A DNA stretch of 37,695 nt from an uncultured Candidatus Saccharibacteria bacterium (GCA_964432575.1 CAYSOB010000002.1:1-37695), one strand, 5' to 3'; shown: positions 17,762 through 27,469, counted from the stretch's first letter. The notes: a model not told the origin generated them from the sequence alone. A program made the numbers and translations.

Positions 17762-18292
17762 ATGAAAACACGAATGCAAAAAGGTTTTACCGTACTTGAA
17801 TTTTTAATTGTTATTGCGATTATGTGTATTTTAATTTATATCGCACTTGCAAGTCTAACTTCTTCACGTGAAAAATCTGTCGATGAAAAGAAAATAACAG
17901 AACTAAAAACAGTTGCACTTGGAATTGAACAGTTCAAGCAAATTTGTGGGACGTATCCAGCTCAAATTCAACCTAATCAACAGTGTACCGGAAATGACAA
18001 TCTGGGGACCAGTACATTAAATGATTTTATTCCAAACATCGAAGCGTATCGTTTTAATGATCCCACATCTGGCTTTTACTATACTCCGATTACGTATGAT
18101 CCAAATAATTCTGATTTTTGTGATGGTTTTCATTTGGGGGTAGAATTAAAAAATCCTGTTGATGGAACTGTAGCTGTGGGTGATTCAAACATTAATTCAG
18201 GTGATCCGATGTATCAACCGTGTACAGCAACAGGTGCAACAGGGGCAACTATCAATGGAACTGATCCGCGCATGTTTGATATCTTTAAATAG
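17762..18292 (+). CDS. second type IV pilin-like protein
   Basis: Prepilin motif MQKG/FTVLEFLIVIAIM with E+5. 176 aa with Cys pairs. TATAAT (17748-17753) ends 8 nt before the ATG. Confidence 0.8.
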   Translation: MKTRMQKGFTVLEFLIVIAIMCILIYIALASLTSSREKSVDEKKITELKTVALGIEQFKQICGTYPAQIQPNQQCTGNDNLGTSTLNDFIPNIEAYRFNDPTSGFYYTPITYDPNNSDFCDGFHLGVELKNPVDGTVAVGDSNINSGDPMYQPCTATGATGATINGTDPRMFDIFK

Positions 18293-18295
18293 TAT

Positions 18296-19129
18296 ATGTT
18301 TTTTCTTTCTACTACATTTATATCCATATTGTTTGCTTTATTTGGTTTGATCGTTGGGAGTTTTTTAAATGTTGTTATTTTGCGACATAATAAAAAAACA
18401 CTTGGCGGTAGATCAGAATGTCCTCATTGCCATAAGCAACTTTCTTGGTATGAACTTATTCCAGTTATTAGTTTTGTGATACAGGCAGGGAAATGTCGCG
18501 GTTGTAAAAAACAAATATCGACACAATACAGTATCGTTGAACTTATCACAGCTTTTGTATTTTTTGTGAGTGGTTTTTACTTACAAAATTACATTATTAC
18601 ACTACATCATCCATTACTATCAATTATTGCTGTTATTTCATTTCTTACAACTGTTTCCTATGCAATTATTATCTCTGTATATGATATAAAAACTAAATTA
18701 GTTCCATTAGTTTGGTTTATAGGGTTAGTTGTTTCAAGTATCATATTTTTGATTAATTACTATGTAATTATTGGGTTTTACGCACCAAGTTTATTACCAC
18801 ATCTTGTGGGATTAATTATCTGTACTCCATTCCTGTTTATATGGATTATCTCAGGAGGAAAATGGATCGGGTTTGCAGATATTGAAATTATAGCGTGGAT
18901 CGGTCTGTGTTTGGGTGCTTTTTCTGGGATCATGACGGTACTTTCTGCGTTTTATATGGGCGCATTATTTGCTATTCTATTTATTATTTTTAAAAAATTA
19001 TTAGGTTTTTCATATAAAACAATACGCACAATACAGATACCGTTTACACCGTTTTTGATACTTGCCTGGTTTATATCTACCGTATCTTCTTGGGATTTCT
19101 TTTCCTTGATTACCTCATTTTTTTTGTGA
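18296..19129 (+). CDS. pilD: prepilin peptidase (A24 family) PilD
   Basis: Polytopic membrane protein. N-terminal CxxC...CxxC (CPHC, CRGC). Two catalytic Asp contexts (SVYDIKT and GFADIEI). Terminates with TGA. Confidence 0.85.
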   Translation: MFFLSTTFISILFALFGLIVGSFLNVVILRHNKKTLGGRSECPHCHKQLSWYELIPVISFVIQAGKCRGCKKQISTQYSIVELITAFVFFVSGFYLQNYIITLHHPLLSIIAVISFLTTVSYAIIISVYDIKTKLVPLVWFIGLVVSSIIFLINYYVIIGFYAPSLLPHLVGLIICTPFLFIWIISGGKWIGFADIEIIAWIGLCLGAFSGIMTVLSAFYMGALFAILFIIFKKLLGFSYKTIRTIQIPFTPFLILAWFISTVSSWDFFSLITSFFL

Positions 19130-19156
19130 TATACTATAAGGGATAATTTATTTTCT

Positions 19157-19789
19157 ATGAAACTTTTTCAAACCTACATTAAAAAATATTCACTGGGATT
19201 TACACTAGTTGAGTTTATTGTCATTATGGCAATTTTCGCCGTTATGGTTGGTGTAGTACTATTTAACTTTACAGGGTTTCGATCAAGGGTGACTCTTGAT
19301 AATCTTGCACAAGATATTGCATTGTCTATTCGAAACATCCAAACATCTGCAGGGGCTTCAATTTCCACAGATAGACCAGAAAGCGAAATTCCTCGCGGAA
19401 TTTATTTTCCGTACAGTTCTGAGTTAGGTACGTATGATACAAAATTTATTCTCTTCCAGGATAATGACGGAAGCGGTTTGTATGATGCGGGAGAAGAAAT
19501 TGATACAATCGTTCTACAAACACCTGACCGCATTACTGATATTGTATATGGGTCAGATTTAACAACACTTATGACACCAATTGGTAATGAATCACTTGGA
19601 ATTACGTTTCGACGATTTACTACGAGCGCAACATTTAGAGATTCTTCTCTCAATGAGTCAGTTACTAATGCAGGTGTTATCCGTATAAAAATATCTTCTC
19701 CTGATCGACAACTATCCCGATTTATTACTATTTCAAAAATTGGACAAGTAAGTGTCCAAAATGATGATACGGTACCACAAAATTCTTAA
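19157..19789 (+). CDS. minor (pseudo)pilin
   Basis: Prepilin-type N-terminus KYSLG/FTLVEFIVIMAIF with E+5. 210 aa. Confidence 0.7.
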   Translation: MKLFQTYIKKYSLGFTLVEFIVIMAIFAVMVGVVLFNFTGFRSRVTLDNLAQDIALSIRNIQTSAGASISTDRPESEIPRGIYFPYSSELGTYDTKFILFQDNDGSGLYDAGEEIDTIVLQTPDRITDIVYGSDLTTLMTPIGNESLGITFRRFTTSATFRDSSLNESVTNAGVIRIKISSPDRQLSRFITISKIGQVSVQNDDTVPQNS

Positions 19790-19793
19790 TCTT

Positions 19794-20351
19794 ATGAAGT
19801 TACCAATTCCAAAATTAAAAATAAACCAAAACGGATTTACCTTGATGGAGGTAATGGTTTCTGTGTCTATATTTGCCATTATTATTACAATTGGTATTGG
19901 TTCATTATTAACTATTTATAGTACGTTACAAAAAACTCGCGCTGATCAACAAACCATTGATTCATTATCATACGTGTTAGATACTATGACGCGACGTGTG
20001 CGTACTGGACATACTTATACAGGTGGTGGCGACTCTATTACCTTTATTGATCAAGTAGAAAATGAATCTGGTGGAAAATCTATAACATACTATCTAGAAC
20101 AAGATCAAAATGGAGTTAAGAGATTGCATGTAATAGAAAGTGATGGTCAGAAGTATGACATTACCCCTCAAAATATTTCGATCGATGCGTTTAATGTAAC
20201 TATTTTTGGGGGAACATCCGGTACTGGTGGCGGACAACCAATGGTTGAATTTCAGCTTCAAGGAACTGTAAAAAATGGAAAAAATGAGTCACCGCTCGCA
20301 ATTCAAACAACTACATCCCAGCGCCCGTTTGATACAGGGATTTCGCCTTAG
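19794..20351 (+). CDS. minor (pseudo)pilin
   Basis: Start re-called to ATG 19794, 4 nt after the upstream stop. Prepilin motif NQNG/FTLMEVMVSVSIFAII. Confidence 0.7.
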   Translation: MKLPIPKLKINQNGFTLMEVMVSVSIFAIIITIGIGSLLTIYSTLQKTRADQQTIDSLSYVLDTMTRRVRTGHTYTGGGDSITFIDQVENESGGKSITYYLEQDQNGVKRLHVIESDGQKYDITPQNISIDAFNVTIFGGTSGTGGGQPMVEFQLQGTVKNGKNESPLAIQTTTSQRPFDTGISP

Positions 20352-20564
20352 TGGACTAGGAAGTAACAATACAACCGGTGATACGGTTGGCGATACGCCG
20401 CCGCTCACAGCTCCAACAGAAATACTAAACCCAAGACAGTCTCCTACAGAAATACCGAGAAGAACAAATCCTCGTAATACTTCTAATGGTACCCCAACGC
20501 CAGCAGTAATAGAATTAGCCCCAATAACGGAAACAACTGACACTCTGTTTGTCAGATAAAATTT

Positions 20565-21095
20565 ATGAAAAGTATTCTTAAAAAAAATAATATTACCGCA
20601 CAAGGTTTCACATTGCTTGAAATGCTTTTTGCGGTCATTATTTTTTCTTTTGCCTTGGTGTCTCTTATGACTATTGCAGGAAAAGGGGTAATCGCAACAA
20701 CAACTGCTCGTGAACAATTAACTGCACAATTTTTAGCTGAAGAATCACTCGAAATTGCTCGAAATATTCGCGATAGTAATTATATTAACGGGAGTAATTG
20801 GACAGACGGATTAACACAGTGTATCGGGGCAAGTTGTGATGTAGAATATGTGCTAGGACAAAAACCGACACTCGAACCATGTTTATCAGGTGGTTGTAAT
20901 AGAATACTTTACAATATTTCCGGCCAATATCGACCTGATCCATCATTTGGTGGTACCGCAACACAATTTACTCGAGAAATTAGAATCACTGAAATAACTC
21001 CAGATAAAGAATTATTGATGGAATCCACTGTATATTGGAAACAAAAAACATTAAATCGAAAGTTGACAGTACGAACGCGTATTGCTAATTGGTAA
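20565..21095 (+). CDS. minor (pseudo)pilin
   Basis: Prepilin motif ITAQG/FTLLEMLFAVIIFSF. 176 aa. Confidence 0.7.
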   Translation: MKSILKKNNITAQGFTLLEMLFAVIIFSFALVSLMTIAGKGVIATTTAREQLTAQFLAEESLEIARNIRDSNYINGSNWTDGLTQCIGASCDVEYVLGQKPTLEPCLSGGCNRILYNISGQYRPDPSFGGTATQFTREIRITEITPDKELLMESTVYWKQKTLNRKLTVRTRIANW

Positions 21096-21102
21096 TAAGT
21101 AT

Positions 21103-21576
21103 ATGAAAAAAAATCTTCAACAACTACATACTTCTCATCAATCAGGGTTTGTCCTACTGTTTTCATTGGTTGTATCTGCAATTATTTTCTTGGTAGGTGC
21201 TGGTATTTTTTCACTTTCATTTAAAGAATTATTAACTTCAACGCTTGCACAAGAATCACAAAAATCAATTTTTGCAGCTGATTCTGGTGTTGAATGTGCA
21301 CTTGCTTCTGATACTCAAAATCCATTTACACCAGATTTTCAGGATACAATTACTTGTTTTGGTCAAAACATACTTCCTACTAACTCTGCTGGTGTTATAA
21401 AATTTTCCATTGCATTTGCAGATAGCGGAACCTGTAGTGTTGTACAAGTTGATACAAATGATCCTGATACTGTAACTGTTACTGCACAAGGGTACAATAA
21501 ATGCGTTTCCAGTGATCCAGTATATAACTATCCAGGCCTTACTGAGCGCGTATACCAAGTAAGTTTCTTTCGTTAA
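21103..21576 (+). CDS. PilX-like minor pilus component (prepilin-like N-terminus lacking E+5)
   Basis: Start re-called to ATG 21103. N-terminus HQSG/FVLLFSLVVSAIIFLV is hydrophobic and pilin-like, but position +5 is Phe, not Glu. Last gene before a strong terminator. Confidence 0.55.
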   Translation: MKKNLQQLHTSHQSGFVLLFSLVVSAIIFLVGAGIFSLSFKELLTSTLAQESQKSIFAADSGVECALASDTQNPFTPDFQDTITCFGQNILPTNSAGVIKFSIAFADSGTCSVVQVDTNDPDTVTVTAQGYNKCVSSDPVYNYPGLTERVYQVSFFR

Positions 21577-21602
21577 AAAATCCTTTACAAAAGGATTTTT
21601 TT
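21577..21602 (+). terminator. rho-independent terminator ending the pilus block
   Basis: AAAATCCTTT / ACA / AAAGGATTTT hairpin followed by a T-run. Confidence 0.7.
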
Positions 21603-21636
21603 GTTATGTTTGTGATAATGGATACATCTTGTTTGA

Positions 21637-23691
<2,055 letters not shown>

Positions 23692-23710
23692 ATTATGGTA
23701 GGATAGCCAT

Positions 23711-23986
23711 ATGACTGACGCAGATATTAAAAACCTTGCCCATTTGGCAAGAATTGAAATTACTGATGATGAGGTTCAAAAATTCAAATCTGATATTGAG
23801 CCGATTTTGGCGTATGTGGCGCAAATTAACGATGTGCAGATTGATGATATTCATCCTGACTATATGACTAAAAATCTAATGCGTGCTGATGTTGCAGATT
23901 CTGCAAATACTAGTGAACATGATTTGGTAGTAAAAAACGCACCAGATATGCAGGATGGATTTTACAAGGTACCAAAAATTCTGTAA
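23711..23986 (+). CDS. gatC: Asp/Glu-tRNA amidotransferase subunit C
   Basis: 91 aa. N-terminal HLARIEITDDE pattern typical of GatC. Lies immediately upstream of gatA. Confidence 0.85.
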   Translation: MTDADIKNLAHLARIEITDDEVQKFKSDIEPILAYVAQINDVQIDDIHPDYMTKNLMRADVADSANTSEHDLVVKNAPDMQDGFYKVPKIL

Positions 23987-23989
23987 TAT

Positions 23990-25423
23990 ATGACACTTGA
24001 TCTCAAAAATTTAACGATTGAATCTGCGCATGCAATGCTCGTAAACAAGGAAATCACCGTTCGTGATTTAGTTTTTGCGTATCTGGATAATGCAGAAAAA
24101 CGAAATACAGATATTTTTGCATTTATTGAATTTTTTGATAAACATCCAGATTTTGAAAAAAGAATAAGTGGCGCACAGGAAATGATTGATTCTGGGAATG
24201 CACACCTACTGACAGGGATTCCGTATGGAATAAAAGACAATATTTTAAACCAAGGGCATATCGCCAGTGCAGGATCAAAAATGCTTGAAAATTATACCGC
24301 CAGTTACAATGCAACTGTGATTGAAAAACTAAATGCTGTTGGGGCAATTTGTATTGGCCGAACCAATATGGATGAATTTGCTATGGGTTCCAGTACTGAA
24401 AGTAGTTCATTTGGAATTACAAAAAACCCTGTTGATATGTCACGTGTTCCAGGAGGTTCATCAGGAGGATCGGCTGCAGCAATTGCGGCAGATATGTGTT
24501 TATTTACACTTGGGACTGATACAGGGGGTTCTGTGCGCCAACCAGCCGCTTTTTGTGGGGTAGTGGGTATGTATCCAACCTATGGATCTGTGTCACGATA
24601 CGGTGCTATTGCTATGGGTAGTTCATTGGATCAAATTGGTCCATTTGGAAAAACGGTGCAAGATACAAAAATTGTCTTTGATACTATTTCAGGTTTTGAC
24701 TCTATGGATTCAACATCCTTATCTGTAGAAACAAGAACAGATTTAAGCAATAAATCTCCGATGAAAAAAGTCATAGGGGTACCCCGACATTTTGTTGACA
24801 TGGATGGGATTAGTTCAGAAGTAAAGAAAAATTTTGAACAATCACTTAAAAAGTTAAAACAAGCGGGATATGAGATTCGAGATATCCAATTACCAAATGC
24901 ACATCTTGGGCTTGCGGTATATTATATCGTAATGCCTGCAGAAGTTTCTTCGAACTTATCTCGATATGATGCTATGAAATATGGGTTAAGTGTTCGAGAA
25001 GGTGATTTGTTGCAAACATATTTACAAACGCGACATCGGGGGTTCGGAGTAGAGCCACGCCGTCGTATTTTATTGGGGACATATGTATTGTCAGCAGGGT
25101 ATTATGATGCGTACTATAACAAAGCGACTAAAGTTCGTGAAGTTATCAAACAGGATTTCAAAAAAGTTTTTGAATCAGGAGTTGATGCAATCTTAACACC
25201 TACTACACCAACCACAGCGTTTAAATTTGGAGAAAAGGCAGATCCGCTGTCTATGTACTTGGCGGACATTTTTACCATCAATGCAAACTTGACCCATATG
25301 CCAGCAATTTCTATTCCATCAGGAACAGATGAGCAAGGATTACCATTTGGAATTCAATTTGTCGGAGATCATGGTTCAGAACAAAAATTATTTACCATTA
25401 CTCATGATTTTGAAAAAAAATAA
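23990..25423 (+). CDS. gatA: Asp/Glu-tRNA amidotransferase subunit A
   Basis: 477 aa. Amidase signature GGSSGGSAAAIA, with the Ser-cisSer-Lys context (KDN..., GTDTGGSVR). Confidence 0.93.
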   Translation: MTLDLKNLTIESAHAMLVNKEITVRDLVFAYLDNAEKRNTDIFAFIEFFDKHPDFEKRISGAQEMIDSGNAHLLTGIPYGIKDNILNQGHIASAGSKMLENYTASYNATVIEKLNAVGAICIGRTNMDEFAMGSSTESSSFGITKNPVDMSRVPGGSSGGSAAAIAADMCLFTLGTDTGGSVRQPAAFCGVVGMYPTYGSVSRYGAIAMGSSLDQIGPFGKTVQDTKIVFDTISGFDSMDSTSLSVETRTDLSNKSPMKKVIGVPRHFVDMDGISSEVKKNFEQSLKKLKQAGYEIRDIQLPNAHLGLAVYYIVMPAEVSSNLSRYDAMKYGLSVREGDLLQTYLQTRHRGFGVEPRRRILLGTYVLSAGYYDAYYNKATKVREVIKQDFKKVFESGVDAILTPTTPTTAFKFGEKADPLSMYLADIFTINANLTHMPAISIPSGTDEQGLPFGIQFVGDHGSEQKLFTITHDFEKK

Positions 25424-25471
25424 CCCTTTGGGGTTGTTTTTGTTTTTCCTATGGTATAATCTTTTTATTAT

Positions 25472-26101
25472 ATGCCTGAAGTTCGATTTATTAATCTTGA
25501 ATACTTTTTTTATAAAATATACGACTTTTTAGGAGGTGTTTTTGGTAACGGTTCTGGAAATAATGGATTTGGGATTTCATCGGGAGCTCATCGGACTTTT
25601 GGTCAATGGTTGGTTGATGTCTTGAGTACTACTGCATCAATTGTATGGGTATTGATTATTATTGCTTTTCTGGTATTGTTTTGCGTTATTATTTATACAC
25701 GATTACGTATGTATGAATTAGATCAAAAACACAAAGCTGCCTATAATAGTCATTTTATAAAACCAGAACCAAAAGTTCATCAGTTAAAAAATCCACGATG
25801 GGAATATGTAGAAAAACTGTTTGCGTCAGATAATTCAAATGATTGGAGGGTTGCAATTATTGAGGCTGACACTATGCTTGACGAACTGGTTCAGTCGTAT
25901 AATTTCCCAGGAGAGAACCTAGGAGAACGATTAAAAAATGCAAACCCTAAATTAATGCCGACGTTACAAAGTGCGTGGGAGGCACACAAGGTCCGAAACA
26001 GGATTGCTCATGATGGTGTAAATTTCCAATTATCAGAACGAGAAGCTCAAATTACCAAAAAACACTTCGAATTTGTTTTTACTAACGCAGGAATTCTTTA
26101 G
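25472..26101 (+). CDS. hypothetical membrane protein with cytoplasmic helical C-domain
   Basis: 209 aa with one strong TM helix (IVWVLIIIAFLVLFCVIIY). The C-terminal segment (WRVAIIEADTMLDELV...AHKVRNRIAH) looks conserved, but I cannot name a family. TGg-TATAAT ends 11 nt upstream. Confidence 0.55.
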   Translation: MPEVRFINLEYFFYKIYDFLGGVFGNGSGNNGFGISSGAHRTFGQWLVDVLSTTASIVWVLIIIAFLVLFCVIIYTRLRMYELDQKHKAAYNSHFIKPEPKVHQLKNPRWEYVEKLFASDNSNDWRVAIIEADTMLDELVQSYNFPGENLGERLKNANPKLMPTLQSAWEAHKVRNRIAHDGVNFQLSEREAQITKKHFEFVFTNAGIL

Positions 26102-26114
26102 TGATATAAACAAT

Positions 26115-26137
26115 AAAACACCTTTTAGGTGTTTTAT
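26115..26137. terminator. terminator hairpin (AAAACACC/TTTTA/GGTGTTTT)
   Basis: Inverted repeat with a flanking A-run and T-run. Lies between convergent transcription units. Confidence 0.55.
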
Positions 26138-26150
26138 TGTTTATATAGTG

Positions 26151-26221
26151 TTGCGGGACCCGGATTCGAACCGGGGTCTTCAGGTTATGAGCCTGACGAG
26201 ATACCATTACTCTATCCCGCG
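26151..26221 (-). tRNA. initiator tRNA-fMet (CAU)
   Basis: Reverse complement reads CGCGGGATAGAGTAATGGTATCTCGTCAGGCTCATAACCTGAAGACCCCGGTTCGAATCCGGGTCCCGCAA. It has the C1/A72 mismatch and the A11:U24 pair, both bacterial initiator hallmarks. Anticodon loop is CT-CAT-AA. The anticodon stem TCAGG/CCTGA has only two terminal G:C pairs. Confidence 0.8.
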
Positions 26222-26245
26222 ATGATGCTGTTGAAAGCGACTGTA

Positions 26246-26274
26246 ACTATATCAAAAATATAACGTTTTTGCAA
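26246..26274 (-). promoter_or_regulatory. sigma70-like promoter for tRNA-fMet (TTGCAA-17-TATAGT)
   Basis: Minus strand: TTGCAA (26274-26269), a 17-nt spacer, TATAGT (26251-26246). This is about 24 nt upstream of the tRNA 5' end. Confidence 0.45.
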
Positions 26275-26320
26275 GTGGATAACTTTTCCATATGAAAAGT
26301 CCTGTAAACAGGACTTTTCA

Positions 26321-26397
26321 TGGCGCAGTGAAAGGGACTTGAACCCTCGACCTTCCGCGTGACAGGCGGATGCTCTAACCAGCTGAGCTACCACTGC
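26321..26397 (-). tRNA. tRNA-Asp (GUC), CCA encoded
   Basis: Reverse complement reads GCAGTGGTAGCTCAGCTGGTTAGAGCATCCGCCTGTCACGCGGAAGGTCGAGGGTTCAAGTCCCTTTCACTGCGCCA. Anticodon loop is CT-GTC-AC and the discriminator is G. It is the only tRNA in the window with a genomically encoded CCA. Confidence 0.9.
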
Positions 26398-26484
26398 AAA
26401 AAAATGATTCAAGAAAGTTCTTACGTAAACAATGGATGAATTGGTTCGCTGGCCATCCGGCCACGAGAACCTCTTTCTTGAATC
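26398..26484 (-). ncRNA. candidate structured small RNA / stable 5' leader abutting tRNA-Asp (family unknown)
   Basis: On the minus strand, GATTCAAGAAAG (26484-26473) pairs perfectly over 12 bp with CTTTCTTGAATC (26417-26406). The pairing encloses GGTTC-..-TGGCC-GGAT-GGCCA-..-GAACC nested helices. It is followed by A+U7 (26405-26398) and then directly by tRNA-Asp nt 1. A TTGAAA-16-TATAGT promoter places the predicted TSS at the first stem nucleotide. Confidence 0.35.
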
Positions 26485-26490
26485 CTGGTT

Positions 26491-26518
26491 ACTATAGCAT
26501 ATTCTTTTCTTTTTTCAA
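26491..26518 (-). promoter_or_regulatory. sigma70-like promoter (TTGAAA-16-TATAGT) upstream of the structured element and tRNA-Asp
   Basis: Minus strand: TTGAAA (26518-26513), a 16-nt spacer, TATAGT (26496-26491). It is preceded by the hairpin AACCAGG/GCAT/CCTGGTT (26509-26531), just downstream of tRNA-Met. Confidence 0.45.
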
Positions 26519-26537
26519 CCAGGATGCCCTGGTTTTG

Positions 26538-26611
26538 TGTCGAGGGTGGGAATTGAACCCACGACCTTAGCGTTATGAATGCTACGCTCTTACCATCTGA
26601 GCTACCCCGAC
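26538..26611 (-). tRNA. elongator-type tRNA with CAU anticodon (Met, or Ile2 if lysidinylated)
   Basis: Reverse complement reads GTCGGGGTAGCTCAGATGGTAAGAGCGTAGCATTCATAACGCTAAGGTCGTGGGTTCAATTCCCACCCTCGACA. G1-C72 is paired, so it is not an initiator. Loop is TT-CAT-AA. There is an A31/C39 mismatch at the stem base. Confidence 0.8.
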
Positions 26612-26634
26612 ATTGTTACACACTAAACACAATG

Positions 26635-26662
26635 ATTATACATAAATTATCTAAAATTTCAA
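26635..26662 (-). promoter_or_regulatory. sigma70-like promoter for tRNA-Met (TTGAAA-16-TGTATAAT)
   Basis: Minus strand: TTGAAA (26662-26657), a 16-nt spacer, TATAAT (26640-26635). This is about 23 nt upstream of the tRNA 5' end and divergent from the tag promoter. Confidence 0.45.
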
Positions 26663-26685
26663 GATAACTGTGATAGTATAAATAT

Positions 26686-27294
26686 ATGAAAAGATTGTGT
26701 AAAAATCTCACGCGATGTTCGTGGTGTTCTGGAAAACCATTATACGAAAATTACCATGATACTGAGTGGGGTGTGCCAGTATATGACGATAAGATATTGT
26801 TTGAGTTTTTGGTTTTAGAAAGCGCGCAGGCAGGGTTGTCCTGGTGGATTATTTTACAAAAACGTGAAGGATATCGGAAATTGTTTTTGAATTTTGATTA
26901 TAAAAAGATTGCCAAATTTACCGAACAACAAATTGAGACTATTTCAGCAAATCCGTTAATTATTCGTCACAAAGGAAAGGTGGCTGCCACGGTTGAAAAT
27001 GCAAAATGTTTTATAAAAATCCAAAAAGAATTTGGGAGTTTTTCAAATTACCTATGGGGGTTTGTAAAAGGTGAGCCAATTGATAGTGGGTATCACGATA
27101 TAAAGCAAATTTTACCAAAGACCGAGATTTCCGACAGGTTGTCAAAAGACTTAAAAAAGCGGGGATTTAAATTTATGGGGTCAACAATTGTGTATGCGTA
27201 CATGCAGGCATGCGGTCTAGTAAACGATCATGTTACTGACTGTTTTCGATACCAGCAAGTGAAAAAGACCAAGTTGAAAAAAAATAACAAATAG
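26686..27294 (+). CDS. tag: DNA-3-methyladenine glycosylase I
   Basis: N-terminal RCSWC and YHDTEWGVP, FEFLVLESAQAGLSW, and C-terminal HxxxC zinc ligands (NDHVTDC). These are all classic Tag motifs. TGa-TAGTAT ends 6 nt before the ATG. Confidence 0.9.
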   Translation: MKRLCKNLTRCSWCSGKPLYENYHDTEWGVPVYDDKILFEFLVLESAQAGLSWWIILQKREGYRKLFLNFDYKKIAKFTEQQIETISANPLIIRHKGKVAATVENAKCFIKIQKEFGSFSNYLWGFVKGEPIDSGYHDIKQILPKTEISDRLSKDLKKRGFKFMGSTIVYAYMQACGLVNDHVTDCFRYQQVKKTKLKKNNK

Positions 27295-27385
27295 GGTATA
27301 GTCCGTTTGCTTGATTTTTATCAGGCTTCGGACCAGTATCGAAGTTTTCATTTTGCGTATTTAATAGATACTGTCCGATTATTTT

Positions 27386-27458
27386 GCTGTTGTAGCTCAG
27401 TTGGTAGAGCACGTCCATGGTAAGGACGAGGTCGCCGGTTCAATCCCGGCCAACAGCT
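27386..27458 (+). tRNA. tRNA-Thr (GGU)
   Basis: GCTGTTG-TA-GCTC-AGTTGGTA-GAGC-A-CGTCC-AT-GGT-AA-GGACG-AGGTC-GCCGG-TTCAATC-CCGGC-CAACAGC-T. Perfect cloverleaf. Confidence 0.9.
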
Positions 27459-27469
27459 CATATAAAAAA

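Noticed and set aside
20289-20717. 142-aa minus-strand ORF across the minor-pilin gap
   Set aside because: Its only ATG lies inside the next plus-strand pilin gene. It runs antisense within a tightly packed operon and has no promoter-like element. The hydrophobic stretch is most simply the reverse-frame image of the T/P-rich plus-strand frame. The gap itself is reported as a separate finding.
23711-25471. Absence of gatB after gatC-gatA as an anomaly
   Set aside because: gatB is frequently unlinked from gatCA in bacteria. The 48-nt spacer after gatA contains only a promoter for the next gene. Nothing in the sequence suggests a decayed gatB.
26212-26412. 66-aa minus-strand ORF
   Set aside because: It is composed almost entirely of tRNA-fMet and tRNA-Asp sequence and their spacer. 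It is a translation artefact of structured RNA genes. The same applies to 27233..27418 and 27348..27575 (tRNA-Thr GGU), and to 28744..28941 (tRNA-Thr CGU).
26398-26484. Interpreting the structured element next to tRNA-Asp as SRP (4.5S) RNA
   Set aside because: A long closing stem and an apical hairpin are superficially SRP-like. But the apical loop is GGAU, not a GGAA/GNRA tetraloop, and the conserved 5' AGG / 3' AGCA symmetric-loop residues of domain IV are absent. It is also too short for 6S or RNase P RNA.
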